Assembly (NCBI GenBank): GCA_005776585.1
Contig: SXOX01000143.1
Coordinates: 6,032-70,031, forward strand
Reading direction: 5' to 3'
Origin: Pseudomonadota bacterium
Lineage (GTDB): Bacteria; Myxococcota_A; UBA9042; GCA-2863065
Length of the DNA: 64,000 bases
The notes beneath the pieces were generated by a model that had not been told where the DNA came from, did not search any database, and worked only from the letters and a program-made list of their open reading frames with translations. The translations under genes were made by a program, and so were the position numbers. The stretch's first letter is position 1. Each line of letters opens with the position of its first letter. Below, in pieces: positions 9,507 through 18,341 of the stretch.

Positions 9507-11134
9507 GGCGCCACCTCGCCTACCCGGCGAAAGGCCGGATCCAGTGCAATGAGCCGCAGCAGCGCGCGCGTCCGCCGCCCCTTCGACGTGAAGGCTTCCG
9601 TGAGCCGATCGACGACCTTGCCCTCGGCGGCGTCGAGCGGGTGGCCGACGGCGTAGGACCAGAGCTTCTGGACGTGGCAACGGGTGACGAGCGGGTCGGT
9701 CGACAGCAGGGTGACCAGTCCTTGAAAATCGGCGTAGGGGGTCCCGTCTACCTCGCCGCTGGGATCGATGACCGCGTCGTGCTCCGTGAGCCGGAAGCGG
9801 CCGATGCCGTCGAAGCTCTCGAAGCCCCAGCCCACGGGATCGGTGAACGCGTGACAGCCCGAGCACGAGGGGTCCTCCATGTGGACGACCAGCCGCTCCT
9901 TGAGCGTCTTGGCCTTCTCGGTCGGCTCGGGGATCGACGTGTTCAGGTTCGACGGCGGTGGCGGTACGAACTGGCACTGGAGCGTCTCGCGAATGAACAC
10001 GCCCCGTTGCGTCGCGCTCGACGAGGTCGGGTGGGAGTACATCCCGAGGAAGCTCGCGTGTCCCAGCACGCCGCGGCGCGGCTCGTCTGCCGGGAGCTCG
10101 ATCTTGCCAAAGCCCTCCTCCGTCGCCGCGGGAACGTTGTACAGGGCGGCCAGTCGGCGGTTGACGAAGGTCGTCCGCGTCGTGAACAGCTCGCCAAAGT
10201 CCGCGTCGCGGTCGAAGACGACATGCTCCACGAGCCGAAGCGTCTCCTCGCGCGCCATGCCGCCGAGGTCCGGGCTGTAGTGCTTGAAGACCGCCGGATC
10301 CTTGGCGAGTCGATCCAGGTCGCGGAGCCGCCACCAGTCGGTGAAGAAGGCGCGCGTCGCGTCCCGGAGCCGGGGCGAGGCGAGCAGTCGGTCCACCTCC
10401 TGGGCGAGGCCAGCCGGGGAATCCAGGCTGCCGGACTCCGCTGCTGCGAGCAGCGCGGGATCGGGCGCGGAGCTCCACAGAAATAGCGATAGGCGCGTGG
10501 CAAAGGAGTAGGCGTCGAGCAGCCCGCCCGAGCCGCGTTCTTCCCGATAGAGGAAGCCGGGTGACTGAAGCAGGGCGGTCACGAGCCAGGCGAGCCCTTG
10601 GGTGGGGCTCGTCAGCGCGGCGCCGGCCTTCTTGGCCAGGCCCGTGAACCGTGTGACCTCCTCGGGCTCGAGCGGTCGTCGAAACGCGCGGCGACCCACG
10701 GCGCGCGTCGCGGTCTCGAAGCACGGGTCGTCGGCCGCGGTCGGCGTGCATGGAAAGAGGGCTGCGAGGCGCTCCGGCGTCGCGACCGCCTGCTGGCCCA
10801 GGCTGCGCGCGGCGTCTTCATAGAGCTCGACGCCGCGCGGGGAGATCGCGGTCACCGAGGCGCCCACGGCGTCGAGGCCATCGGCCGGGAGATCCGTGTC
10901 GAGCGTCGCGGGGAGCGTGATGTCTGTCCCCAACAGATCCCGCACGCTGTTCCGATACTGGGTCACCGTCAGCCGACCCAGCGCCTTGTTGGGCGTCGGG
11001 AGCGCCACGGTGGCGACCTCCGGGCTCGCGTTGGCCGCGTCCGTCGAGGCCGAGACGACTGGACTCGACTCGGTGGCACCACCGCAGCCCGCCGCGACGG
11101 CGGCCGCGACGAAGAGACCGGCACCCCGGCTCAC
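9503..11134 (-). CDS. DUF1592/DUF1588/DUF1585-family lipoprotein with CxxCH motif (usual partner of DUF1552)
   Basis: Start trimmed to GTG 11134 (GTGA overlap with the hydrolase gene), giving VSRGAGLFVAAAVAAGC (lipobox). Motifs present: LTVTQYRNSVRDLLG, FLYREE, TTFVNRRLAALYN and CSGCH at 9851-9865. Confidence 0.8.
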   Translation of the reverse strand: MSRGAGLFVAAAVAAGCGGATESSPVVSASTDAANASPEVATVALPTPNKALGRLTVTQYRNSVRDLLGTDITLPATLDTDLPADGLDAVGASVTAISPRGVELYEDAARSLGQQAVATPERLAALFPCTPTAADDPCFETATRAVGRRAFRRPLEPEEVTRFTGLAKKAGAALTSPTQGLAWLVTALLQSPGFLYREERGSGGLLDAYSFATRLSLFLWSSAPDPALLAAAESGSLDSPAGLAQEVDRLLASPRLRDATRAFFTDWWRLRDLDRLAKDPAVFKHYSPDLGGMAREETLRLVEHVVFDRDADFGELFTTRTTFVNRRLAALYNVPAATEEGFGKIELPADEPRRGVLGHASFLGMYSHPTSSSATQRGVFIRETLQCQFVPPPPSNLNTSIPEPTEKAKTLKERLVVHMEDPSCSGCHAFTDPVGWGFESFDGIGRFRLTEHDAVIDPSGEVDGTPYADFQGLVTLLSTDPLVTRCHVQKLWSYAVGHPLDAAEGKVVDRLTEAFTSKGRRTRALLRLIALDPAFRRVGEVAP

Positions 11135-12324
11135 AGGTGCCTCTTGAGCGTGACCGCCGCCGAGACGGGCACCTTGCCTTCCAGGATGTCGGTCACAGAC
11201 GTGTCTCCCAGGACGTGGGTTCGGGCGAAGGCCAGTGCGTAGGTCGAGATGATGCGGAAGCCCAGGGCGGCCTCGAACGTATCGCAACCGAAGCCGAACG
11301 TCTGGTGACAGGCGCCGGCGAGCTCGACCCAGGTCAGGTTGACGCCCTGGGTCGTGTCGAACTGCTTGTCCGCGCCCACGGGATCGGCCCCGCCGCTCAG
11401 CGCGAGCACCGGGACGGTGACCGACGTGTGGCCCGTCGGCCCGAACCAGTCGCGGCTGATGCTGCCGGCCATCGGGATCAGTGCCACGATGCGCGGGTCA
11501 CGGACGCCCTTGGCGAAGACGGCCTTCTCGGCCGGCGTACAGGTAGCGCACTGGGCAGAGTCGAACGTCGGCCCGCTCACGAAGGTCGCGCCGCCGCTCG
11601 CCCAGCAGGTGTGGACGCCGAAGCTGTGGCCGGAGAGCACCACGCGGTCGCTCCGGAGCGTGGCGCCACCGAGCCACGTCGCGGCTTGCGTGACGGTCGC
11701 GTCGAGCGCAGCCGAAACGTCCAGCGACCGCAGGTAGTAGAGCGCGGGCGGCCGCGGCTCGACGTTGTCCAGCAGCGTGTTGCCGGTGTGGTCCGGCGCG
11801 ATCGCCACCCAGCCGTGGGACGCGAAGGAGCGCATCAGGAACGCGCTGTTCCCCGCGAAGCCCATGTGTCCGTGCGAGTGGACGAGCACCGGATAGCCCG
11901 CGGCCTCTACCGGCGGTGACGGCGGGGCGTCGATGAGGCTCACCGTGTCCGGGAAGAAGTCGACGTACTGCGGGTGCTCGCCGGTCGTCGCCGTCGTGGG
12001 GTACCACACGTGGACCTTGAGGGTGCGCGCCGAGGTCTGACCTACCGGCGAGTAGGTCGTCGAGAACGTGCGATAGCCGACGCCGAACGGGCCCGCCTGG
12101 TCGACCGGCGACGCGAGCAGGGACGGTGGCGAGGCCTCCGCCGAGTCCATAGCCTTGGGAGACCCCGCGTCGGCGCCGGCATCGTTCCACGTGGAACCCG
12201 CGTCTAGTGTGTCGGCCTGGAGCGCCGTGCCGTCGTCGCGCGTCGGCGTGCTCTCGACAGCGCTGCCGCACCCGAGCGTCGCCCAGGTCACTGTTCCGAT
12301 GACTCGCGTCTGCCAACACTTCAT
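11131..12324 (-). CDS. alpha/beta-hydrolase lipoprotein (PAF-acetylhydrolase/dienelactone-hydrolase-like)
   Basis: Start trimmed to ATG 12324, giving MKCWQTRVIGTVTWATLGC (lipobox). Nucleophile elbow GHSFG has its Ser codon at 11624-11626. A HSHGH region lies upstream. Confidence 0.75.
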   Translation of the reverse strand: MKCWQTRVIGTVTWATLGCGSAVESTPTRDDGTALQADTLDAGSTWNDAGADAGSPKAMDSAEASPPSLLASPVDQAGPFGVGYRTFSTTYSPVGQTSARTLKVHVWYPTTATTGEHPQYVDFFPDTVSLIDAPPSPPVEAAGYPVLVHSHGHMGFAGNSAFLMRSFASHGWVAIAPDHTGNTLLDNVEPRPPALYYLRSLDVSAALDATVTQAATWLGGATLRSDRVVLSGHSFGVHTCWASGGATFVSGPTFDSAQCATCTPAEKAVFAKGVRDPRIVALIPMAGSISRDWFGPTGHTSVTVPVLALSGGADPVGADKQFDTTQGVNLTWVELAGACHQTFGFGCDTFEAALGFRIISTYALAFARTHVLGDTSVTDILEGKVPVSAAVTLKRHL

Positions 12325-12478
12325 GGGTGACCCGCCGCCGTCGCACGCCAGGACCGACGACCGCTGGCACCGTAGCCGGATCCGCTGACGAATGCCAGCG
12401 TTTCTGCCGAGGGACCCTTCGCCCCATATCCGTTGACTTCGGTGCCGCCATCCGTTCCACTCGGGAGGTGGCAAACGC

Positions 12479-14212
12479 ATGATGCAGCACCACATCGAGC
12501 GCACGACGGTCTCCGCATTCTCCGCTCAATCCTCTGGCGCGGTCACGCGAGTCATCGATTGGTTCGTGCCCGAGCGCGTCTTCGAGGGCCAGCACGACGT
12601 CCGATGGCGCGCCCGACTGCTGGTCGGAGGTGCTCTCGGGATCACCGCGACGCTCGCCGTGCTCGTCCTGCTCCGGCTGCTGTTTTCCGAAGGTCGCGAA
12701 ACCCTCTGGATGATGATGGGCGGGCTCGTGCTGTCGGTGGCCACGCCCTTCGTCCTGCGGGTCACGGGCTCCCTCAAGCTCGCGGGCCTCGTCGCTCCGG
12801 GGACGGCGCTCCTCTTGCTGCCCATCGGCGCCTGGGCGAACGGGGGCCTTCATTCACTCGCCGCGTACTGGTTTCCGGCGTGGCCGCTCATCGTCGTCGT
12901 GGCGCTCGGACCGATCGCCGGCTTGACGACGGCGACCCTCCTGATCGCCGAGATCGGCGGCCTCTACGTGATCGAGGCCAGCGGACTCGCCCATCCACCC
13001 GCGCCCGACCCCGCGCAGTACCGCGGCTTCTTCGCCATGGGCGCCTCCGCCTTCGTCGCCTTCACTGGCTTCATCGCCTGGCTATACGAGTCGTCTCGCG
13101 AGCGGGCGCTCCAGGCACTTCGGGCGAGCGAGGAGCGCTACGAGGTCGCCGTGCGTGGCGCGCGTGACGCCCTGTGGGACTGGGACCTCGAGCACGACGA
13201 CCTCTTCGTCTCGTCGCAGTTCCTCCACCTGCTCGACTACGACGACGCCTCGCGTGCGATGGCGACCCCTGCGGCCGCCCTCGCGCTGGTGCATCCCGAC
13301 GACCGGCCGCTGGTCTCGTCCGTCATCCGCCAGGTGCTCACGGCCGGTGCCCCCTTCGGCGTCGAGTGCCGCATGCGGACGCGCGACGGCGCATGGCGCT
13401 GGTTCGACATCCGCGGCGACGCGCTGCGCTCCGCCGGCGGGCGCGTCACGCGCATGGCCGGCTCCGCACGTGACATCCACCGCGCGAAGGTGGCCGAGCT
13501 CGAGCTGGAGATGCGCGCCAAGGCCCTCGAGCGCAGCAACGCCGATCTCGAGCGCTTTGCGTACGTGGTCTCGCACGACCTGAAGGCGCCGGTCCGCACC
13601 GTGTCGAGCTACGCCCAGCTCGTCTGGAAGCGCTTTCATGGTCAGCTCGGCGACGACGGCGAGCGTCTGCTTCAGCCGCTCGTCGAAGGTCCCCTGCGGA
13701 TGCAGGCGATGATCGACGGCCTGCTCGCCTACGCCCGTATCGGCAAGGAGCCCGTGCCCCTCGAGCTCGTCGCGCTCGACGACGTCCTCGAGACCGTGCT
13801 CCAGAACCTGAGCGGTGCGATTGGCGAGACCGGAGCGAAGGTGACCCGCACCCCGCTGCCGAGCGTGTACGGCAACCGGCTTGCTCTGGTCCAGGTCTTC
13901 CAGAACCTCATCGACAACGCGCTGAAGTTCCGAGCCGCCCGCACCCCCGAGGTGCGCATCGCCGCCGAACGCAGCGGTGACACGTGCCAGATCGTCGTCG
14001 AAGACAACGGCATTGGCATGGCCTCCGAGCACCTCGATCGCATCTTCCAGCTCTTCCAGCGCCTGCACTCGCGCGACAAGTATCCGGGCACCGGGATCGG
14101 GCTCGCGATCTGCCAACGCATCGTCGAGCACCATCGCGGGACTCTGACGGTGACCTCGGAGCCCGACCGCGGCTCACGGTTCGTCGTGGCGCTGCCGGTC
14201 AAGGGGATCTAG
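12479..14212 (+). CDS. membrane-bound PAS sensor histidine kinase
   Basis: GGGAGG (12464-12469) lies 9 nt upstream of the ATG. It has an N-terminal multi-TM region and a PAS-like segment (ERYEVAVRGARDALWDWDL...). The H-box is FAYVVSHDLKAPVRT (His codon 13574-13576) and the ATPase G-box is GTGIGLAICQRIVEHHRG. No response regulator lies adjacent. Confidence 0.9.
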   Translation: MMQHHIERTTVSAFSAQSSGAVTRVIDWFVPERVFEGQHDVRWRARLLVGGALGITATLAVLVLLRLLFSEGRETLWMMMGGLVLSVATPFVLRVTGSLKLAGLVAPGTALLLLPIGAWANGGLHSLAAYWFPAWPLIVVVALGPIAGLTTATLLIAEIGGLYVIEASGLAHPPAPDPAQYRGFFAMGASAFVAFTGFIAWLYESSRERALQALRASEERYEVAVRGARDALWDWDLEHDDLFVSSQFLHLLDYDDASRAMATPAAALALVHPDDRPLVSSVIRQVLTAGAPFGVECRMRTRDGAWRWFDIRGDALRSAGGRVTRMAGSARDIHRAKVAELELEMRAKALERSNADLERFAYVVSHDLKAPVRTVSSYAQLVWKRFHGQLGDDGERLLQPLVEGPLRMQAMIDGLLAYARIGKEPVPLELVALDDVLETVLQNLSGAIGETGAKVTRTPLPSVYGNRLALVQVFQNLIDNALKFRAARTPEVRIAAERSGDTCQIVVEDNGIGMASEHLDRIFQLFQRLHSRDKYPGTGIGLAICQRIVEHHRGTLTVTSEPDRGSRFVVALPVKGI

Positions 14213-14453
14213 CCCGCACTATGCATGACTTTCACGCGTCAACGCTCGCGAACGCAAGCTTGCGCCGCCGTTCACCTCCTTCGGCGTACCACCAGTACGC
14301 CTCAGTCGGTGAATGCCGGCGCTCTTGGCCGCTCGTGCGGCCACCCCGGCGCTGCCGGGGACGAGCTATGGCGCTCGTGCGCCAAGATGCGCCGCGACGG
14401 CTCAGCCGTGCGTTCGCGGCGTTGACATCGCGCCATTCATGCATAATGCGGGC
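14212..14453. mobile_element. MITE-like element: 17-bp terminal inverted repeats flanked by TA
   Basis: GCCCGCACTATGCATGA (14212-14228) matches the reverse complement of TCATGCATAATGCGGGC (14437-14453) at 16/17. A second complementary block is 14239-14256 versus 14409-14425. TA sits immediately outside both ends (14210-11 and 14454-55). It fills the convergent intergenic gap. Confidence 0.4.
14331..14366. terminator. GC-rich hairpin, candidate bidirectional terminator at the centre of the inverted-repeat element
   Basis: CCCCGGC (14344-50), loop GCT, GCCGGGG (14354-60), extended by GCTCGT (14331-36) paired with ACGAGC (14361-66). No T-tract. Lies between convergent genes. Confidence 0.35.
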
Positions 14454-14460
14454 TAGTCCT

Positions 14461-14874
14461 TCACGACTGGCGCTCGAACTTCTGGCGCCGATCCTCGGCG
14501 CGTGGCACATCGGACCAATACGACGCCCGACGGCGATCGATCGTGCGATCGAGGGCGTCGTAGCCAAACAGACGCTGAATCCCGCGTATCGGGACAAACA
14601 TCGTGACGTAGATCAGCGTGAGGATGACATGCGAGTTGAACCAGCCGAGTCCCCGCCCGAGGGCCATCCAGCCGCGCCGTACAGGACCGAGCGCGCGCGG
14701 CGCCGCGATGCCGAGGACTGCCAAGAGCGCGGCGGCCCCCAGAAACACGATCGGTGAGGTCGTGTGCCCGCGCCACACCCCGAACAGTCCCAGCGAGCCA
14801 AGGATCGCCGCGCTTCCGAGGCCAAAGTGCCGGAGCGCGCTCGGCGGCGGTTCAGTCGAGGCCGTAGGCGTCAC
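14461..14874 (-). CDS. SxtJ-like small membrane protein
   Basis: ORF-track prefix rejected because it overlaps the carbamoyltransferase gene. GTG 14874 lies 23 nt inside the carbamoyltransferase 3' end. The pattern FGLGSAAILGSLGLF...RRGWMALGRGLGWFNSHVILTLIYVTMFVPIRGIQRLFGYDAL...SYW matches my memory of SxtJ family proteins, which typically follow carbamoyltransferases. Confidence 0.7.
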   Translation of the reverse strand: MTPTASTEPPPSALRHFGLGSAAILGSLGLFGVWRGHTTSPIVFLGAAALLAVLGIAAPRALGPVRRGWMALGRGLGWFNSHVILTLIYVTMFVPIRGIQRLFGYDALDRTIDRRRASYWSDVPRAEDRRQKFERQS

Positions 14875-16687
14875 GCCAGTCCTCCTTCTCGGCCAACGGC
14901 GGCTGCGCGCGCTTCTCGAAGAGGCACGTGCCCAAGACGAGCAGCTCGATGTCAGTCCGCATGAAGCAGCGATAGGCGTCGTCGAGGCTACACACGACGG
15001 GCTCACCCCGAACGTTGAACGATGTATTGACGACGACCGGGCAGGCCGTCTGCGCCTTCAGCTCGGTGAGGAGATCGAAGTAGCGCGGATTGACCTCGCG
15101 CTCGACCGTCTGGATGCGCGCCGTGTGGTCGACGTGGGTCACCGACGGGATCGTGCTTCGCGGCTGCTTCAGCTTGTCCAGGCCCCACGCATCGCCTTCG
15201 GGCGGTGACACCCGCCGCGAATCACGCACCGGCGCGACGAGGAGCATGTAGGGGCTGCGGCAGTCAAGCTCGAACCAGTCGGGCGCGTCGTCCAAGAGAA
15301 CGCTCGGCGCAAACGGTCGGAACGACTCACGGAACTTGATCTTGAGGTTCATCGTGGTCTGCATGTGCGGCGAGCGCGCATCGCCGAGGATGCTCCGCGC
15401 TCCAAGGGCCCGTGGTCCGTACTCCATCCGACCCTGAAACCAGCCCACGACCTGCTCCACCGCAATCGCCGACGCCACCGTGGCGGCGAGGGCGCCCTCC
15501 TCCACCCGTCGAAAGGGGTAGCTCCTCGTGCGCGCCCACGCCTCGATCTCATCATCGGAGTAGGACGGACCAAGAAGGGAGCCGTGTTGCGCGTCCCCGG
15601 GCTCGACCGACCGCGGCTGCTCCAGGTAGTCGTGCCAGGTCGCGAGCGCCGCCCCAAGCGCGCCTCCGGCGTCCCCCGCGGCAGGCTGGACCCAGATGCC
15701 GTCGAGAGCGCACTCGCGCAGGATCCGCCCGTTGGCGACGCAGTTGAGCGCGACCCCTCCCGCGAGGCACAGGTTGCGGGCGCCCGTGAGCGACAACGCG
15801 TGGCGAACCATCCGCAGCATCACCTCCTCGGTGACGTCCTGAATGCTGCGAGCGAGGTCCATGTCTCGCTGTCGCAGCGGGGACTCCGGCGCGCGCGGTG
15901 GGCCGCCCAGCAGCGCGTGGAATCGGTCATTGGTCATCGTCAGGCCGGTGAGGTAGTTGAAGTACGTCAGGTCGAGCCGAAACGAGCCGTCGGGCTTGAG
16001 GTCGATGAGGTGCTCCAGGATCGTGGACACATACTTCGGCTCCCCATAAGGTGCCAGACCCATGAGCTTGTACTCTCCCGAGTTGACCTTGAACCCGGCA
16101 TAGTACGTAAACGCCGAGTAGAGCAGTCCGATGGAGTGTGGAAATCGAATCTCTTTGAGCAATTCGATTCGGTTGCCGTCGCCGAAACCGATGCTGGAGG
16201 TCGCCCACTCGCCGACACCGTCCGCGGTCACGATGGCGGCGCGTTCGAATGGGCTCGGATAGAATGCGGACGCCGCGTGCGATACATGATGCGCAGGGTA
16301 GAGCAGCGGACCCGTGTAGCCGCAGGCCGTCCGGATCTCGCGCGCGGTAAAGGCCTTGCGCTTGAGCCAGGTCGGCATCGACCTGAGGTACTGGACCAAG
16401 CCGAACGGGGCGCACGCGAGGTGGGTCGTCAGAATCCGCTCGAGCTTGAGGAGCGGCTTTTCATAGTAGGCCAGATAGTCGACGTCCTCCAGAGCGACGC
16501 CGCCTTGGCGAAGGCAGTACTCGAGCGCGTGCGACGGAAAGTCTGCGTCGTGCTTACGGCGAGTGAAGCGCTCCTCCTGAGCAGCGGCGACGATCTTGCC
16601 GTTCGAGATCAGGCACGCCGCGCTGTCGTGGTAGTAAGCGGAGATCCCCACGATATGTACGGGACTGGATCTGCCTGGCGACATCAT
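14852..16687 (-). CDS. carbamoyltransferase (NodU/CmcH family)
   Basis: N-terminus VHIVGISAYYHDSAACLISNGKIVAAAQEERFTRRKHD and full-length collinearity (611 aa) with NodU/CmcH-type carbamoyltransferases. Confidence 0.92.
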   Translation of the reverse strand: MMSPGRSSPVHIVGISAYYHDSAACLISNGKIVAAAQEERFTRRKHDADFPSHALEYCLRQGGVALEDVDYLAYYEKPLLKLERILTTHLACAPFGLVQYLRSMPTWLKRKAFTAREIRTACGYTGPLLYPAHHVSHAASAFYPSPFERAAIVTADGVGEWATSSIGFGDGNRIELLKEIRFPHSIGLLYSAFTYYAGFKVNSGEYKLMGLAPYGEPKYVSTILEHLIDLKPDGSFRLDLTYFNYLTGLTMTNDRFHALLGGPPRAPESPLRQRDMDLARSIQDVTEEVMLRMVRHALSLTGARNLCLAGGVALNCVANGRILRECALDGIWVQPAAGDAGGALGAALATWHDYLEQPRSVEPGDAQHGSLLGPSYSDDEIEAWARTRSYPFRRVEEGALAATVASAIAVEQVVGWFQGRMEYGPRALGARSILGDARSPHMQTTMNLKIKFRESFRPFAPSVLLDDAPDWFELDCRSPYMLLVAPVRDSRRVSPPEGDAWGLDKLKQPRSTIPSVTHVDHTARIQTVEREVNPRYFDLLTELKAQTACPVVVNTSFNVRGEPVVCSLDDAYRCFMRTDIELLVLGTCLFEKRAQPPLAEKEDWRDAYGLD

Positions 16688-16692
16688 AGGCT

Positions 16693-18267
16693 CTACACCG
16701 TCGGCCTGAACTCGGGCGCGAGTGCCGTAGGGACGCCTCGGGGGACGGTCTCGACCCGAACCGGTGCCACAACCGCAGGCGCGACGTCCAGGAGTCCTCT
16801 TCGATCGAGATCGACCAAGGCCCAGGCGAATCCGTTGAAGAAGTACAACGGCGCCGCGAGAAAGGGGCTCTCGTGAACGACGGCAAAGGAGGCACCGACC
16901 ATGACCGAGATGAGAAAGAGCGCCCAGACGAGCAGATCGTCACGAACCCCGAGCTCCTCTGCGGGGCGCCGACGAATGCGACCGATGAGGCCGCCAATCA
17001 CGTGAAGGTGAAAGGCGATGAAGCAGGCCAGGCCAACGAGTCCGACACGCGCAAGGACGGTAACATACACGTTGTGCGGGTATCGAATGTAGAACCCCCC
17101 CGCCAGCTTGACAGGCACGAGGATCTCGCTGAAGCCGCGGCCGTACGTCGCGGAGCCGGGCTCGCTGAGGGTTCTCGTGATGATGTCCTCCCACCAGTTG
17201 ATGCGGCCCTTGCGCGTCCCGGCGAGACCTTGGGCCATCTGGCGGTCGACCTCAAAGCCCTCCTCTTGGCCCGACACGCGATTGGGCGCGTCGTCGACGA
17301 CGACCGAGCGCATGTAGTACAACAAACCAGAGAGCGTGAGGTCGCCACGGTCGCTCTTCATGCGCACATTAATCAGGTCGAGAAACGAGATGAGCGCGAT
17401 GAAGCTGATGACGAGCGCGGAAACCAGTCGCATCGCTCGAGCCCGCCGGATGATCAAGAGCGCGACGGTCGCCGTGAGCAGCGACATGAGGCCACTGCGG
17501 CTCTCGTAGAGCGCGACGGCGACGATTCCCCACAGAGCCACTGCCGCGCGTGTCAGGGGCCGCCATCCGAGCGCAGACTTTCCCGACAGGGCAAGGAAGA
17601 ACAGCGCACCGACACTCATGATGTAGCTCGCGCCGTGATTTCCAAGCAGAGGCACGTCCTCGTTGCCAAACGTGATCCATGGCGCGATGGTGTGGCGAAT
17701 GGCGTACGTCGAGGCGTGGATCAGCTCCAAGAAGAACGCGATGCCGAGGATCGCATACGTTCTGCGGCGGCGTCCTGCGTCCAGCGCCAAGTAGTACCCG
17801 AACGGAAAGAAGATCGCATAGTAGAGGACGGAGAAGTTGCGAATGGCCTCGACGCCGACCGTCGCCACATCGCCCAGCAGGTGAGCCGTACCGATGAGCG
17901 CGCAGACAATCATCCACCACATGGGCGCGGGGAAGGGGCGGGTGTGGTCCTCGCGCATCCTTCGCTGTATGGACCACGCGGCAACGACGACCAGCACCTC
18001 ACCGATGTAGATCGGGACCCCGACGCTTCCAAAGCCGATGTACGCAAAACCGCGGTTGAGGACGATGTAGCCACAGATGCCGAGCAAAACGAAGTAGTCG
18101 ATGACCGCGAGCCGCTTGAGCGCGAAGGCGATACCGCCGATGGTCGCTGTCGCCAGGACCACCGTGAGCAAGTAGGCCGCATAGCCACTGCCGGCGAGCC
18201 CGCCAATCACCGCGCAAACCGAGGCACCGAAGACGAGGACGATGAACTGGAGCAGCGCGCGCGGCAT
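16693..18267 (-). CDS. O-antigen ligase/polymerase-like (Wzy_C-type) polytopic membrane protein
   Basis: At least 10 hydrophobic helices and the loop motif YESRSGLMSLLTATVALLIIRR typical of the O-antigen ligase domain. Stops 5 nt before the carbamoyltransferase start. Confidence 0.7.
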   Translation of the reverse strand: MPRALLQFIVLVFGASVCAVIGGLAGSGYAAYLLTVVLATATIGGIAFALKRLAVIDYFVLLGICGYIVLNRGFAYIGFGSVGVPIYIGEVLVVVAAWSIQRRMREDHTRPFPAPMWWMIVCALIGTAHLLGDVATVGVEAIRNFSVLYYAIFFPFGYYLALDAGRRRRTYAILGIAFFLELIHASTYAIRHTIAPWITFGNEDVPLLGNHGASYIMSVGALFFLALSGKSALGWRPLTRAAVALWGIVAVALYESRSGLMSLLTATVALLIIRRARAMRLVSALVISFIALISFLDLINVRMKSDRGDLTLSGLLYYMRSVVVDDAPNRVSGQEEGFEVDRQMAQGLAGTRKGRINWWEDIITRTLSEPGSATYGRGFSEILVPVKLAGGFYIRYPHNVYVTVLARVGLVGLACFIAFHLHVIGGLIGRIRRRPAEELGVRDDLLVWALFLISVMVGASFAVVHESPFLAAPLYFFNGFAWALVDLDRRGLLDVAPAVVAPVRVETVPRGVPTALAPEFRPTV

Positions 18268-18341
18268 CCTGGCCTTTGTTACCTGCGGCCGACCGGTCGG
18301 TCAATGAATCGGCGCGCGGCGCGCTCGGGTGACGTGGCGCG

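Noticed and set aside
7244-10751. Long N-terminal extensions given by the ORF track (7244-8896 at 550 aa, 8199-10751 at 850 aa; likewise 2529-4817, 9503-11287, 11131-12504, 19773-20636, 36546-37439, 39296-39853, 49077-49916, 54994-55605, 55485-56243 and 58327-59619).
   Set aside because: The extensions overlap the real upstream genes and translate to Arg/Ser/Pro junk. Internal starts give lipoboxes, Tat or Sec signals, SD sequences and 1-4 nt stop-start overlaps.
14232-14597. A 121-aa minus-strand ORF (and 14225-14425 on the plus strand) lying in the kinase/SxtJ intergenic region.
   Set aside because: They lie inside the inverted-repeat element and their translations are highly basic with no motif or SD. 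I also looked here for the ~50-aa DUF5989 partner of SxtJ and found nothing hydrophobic enough.
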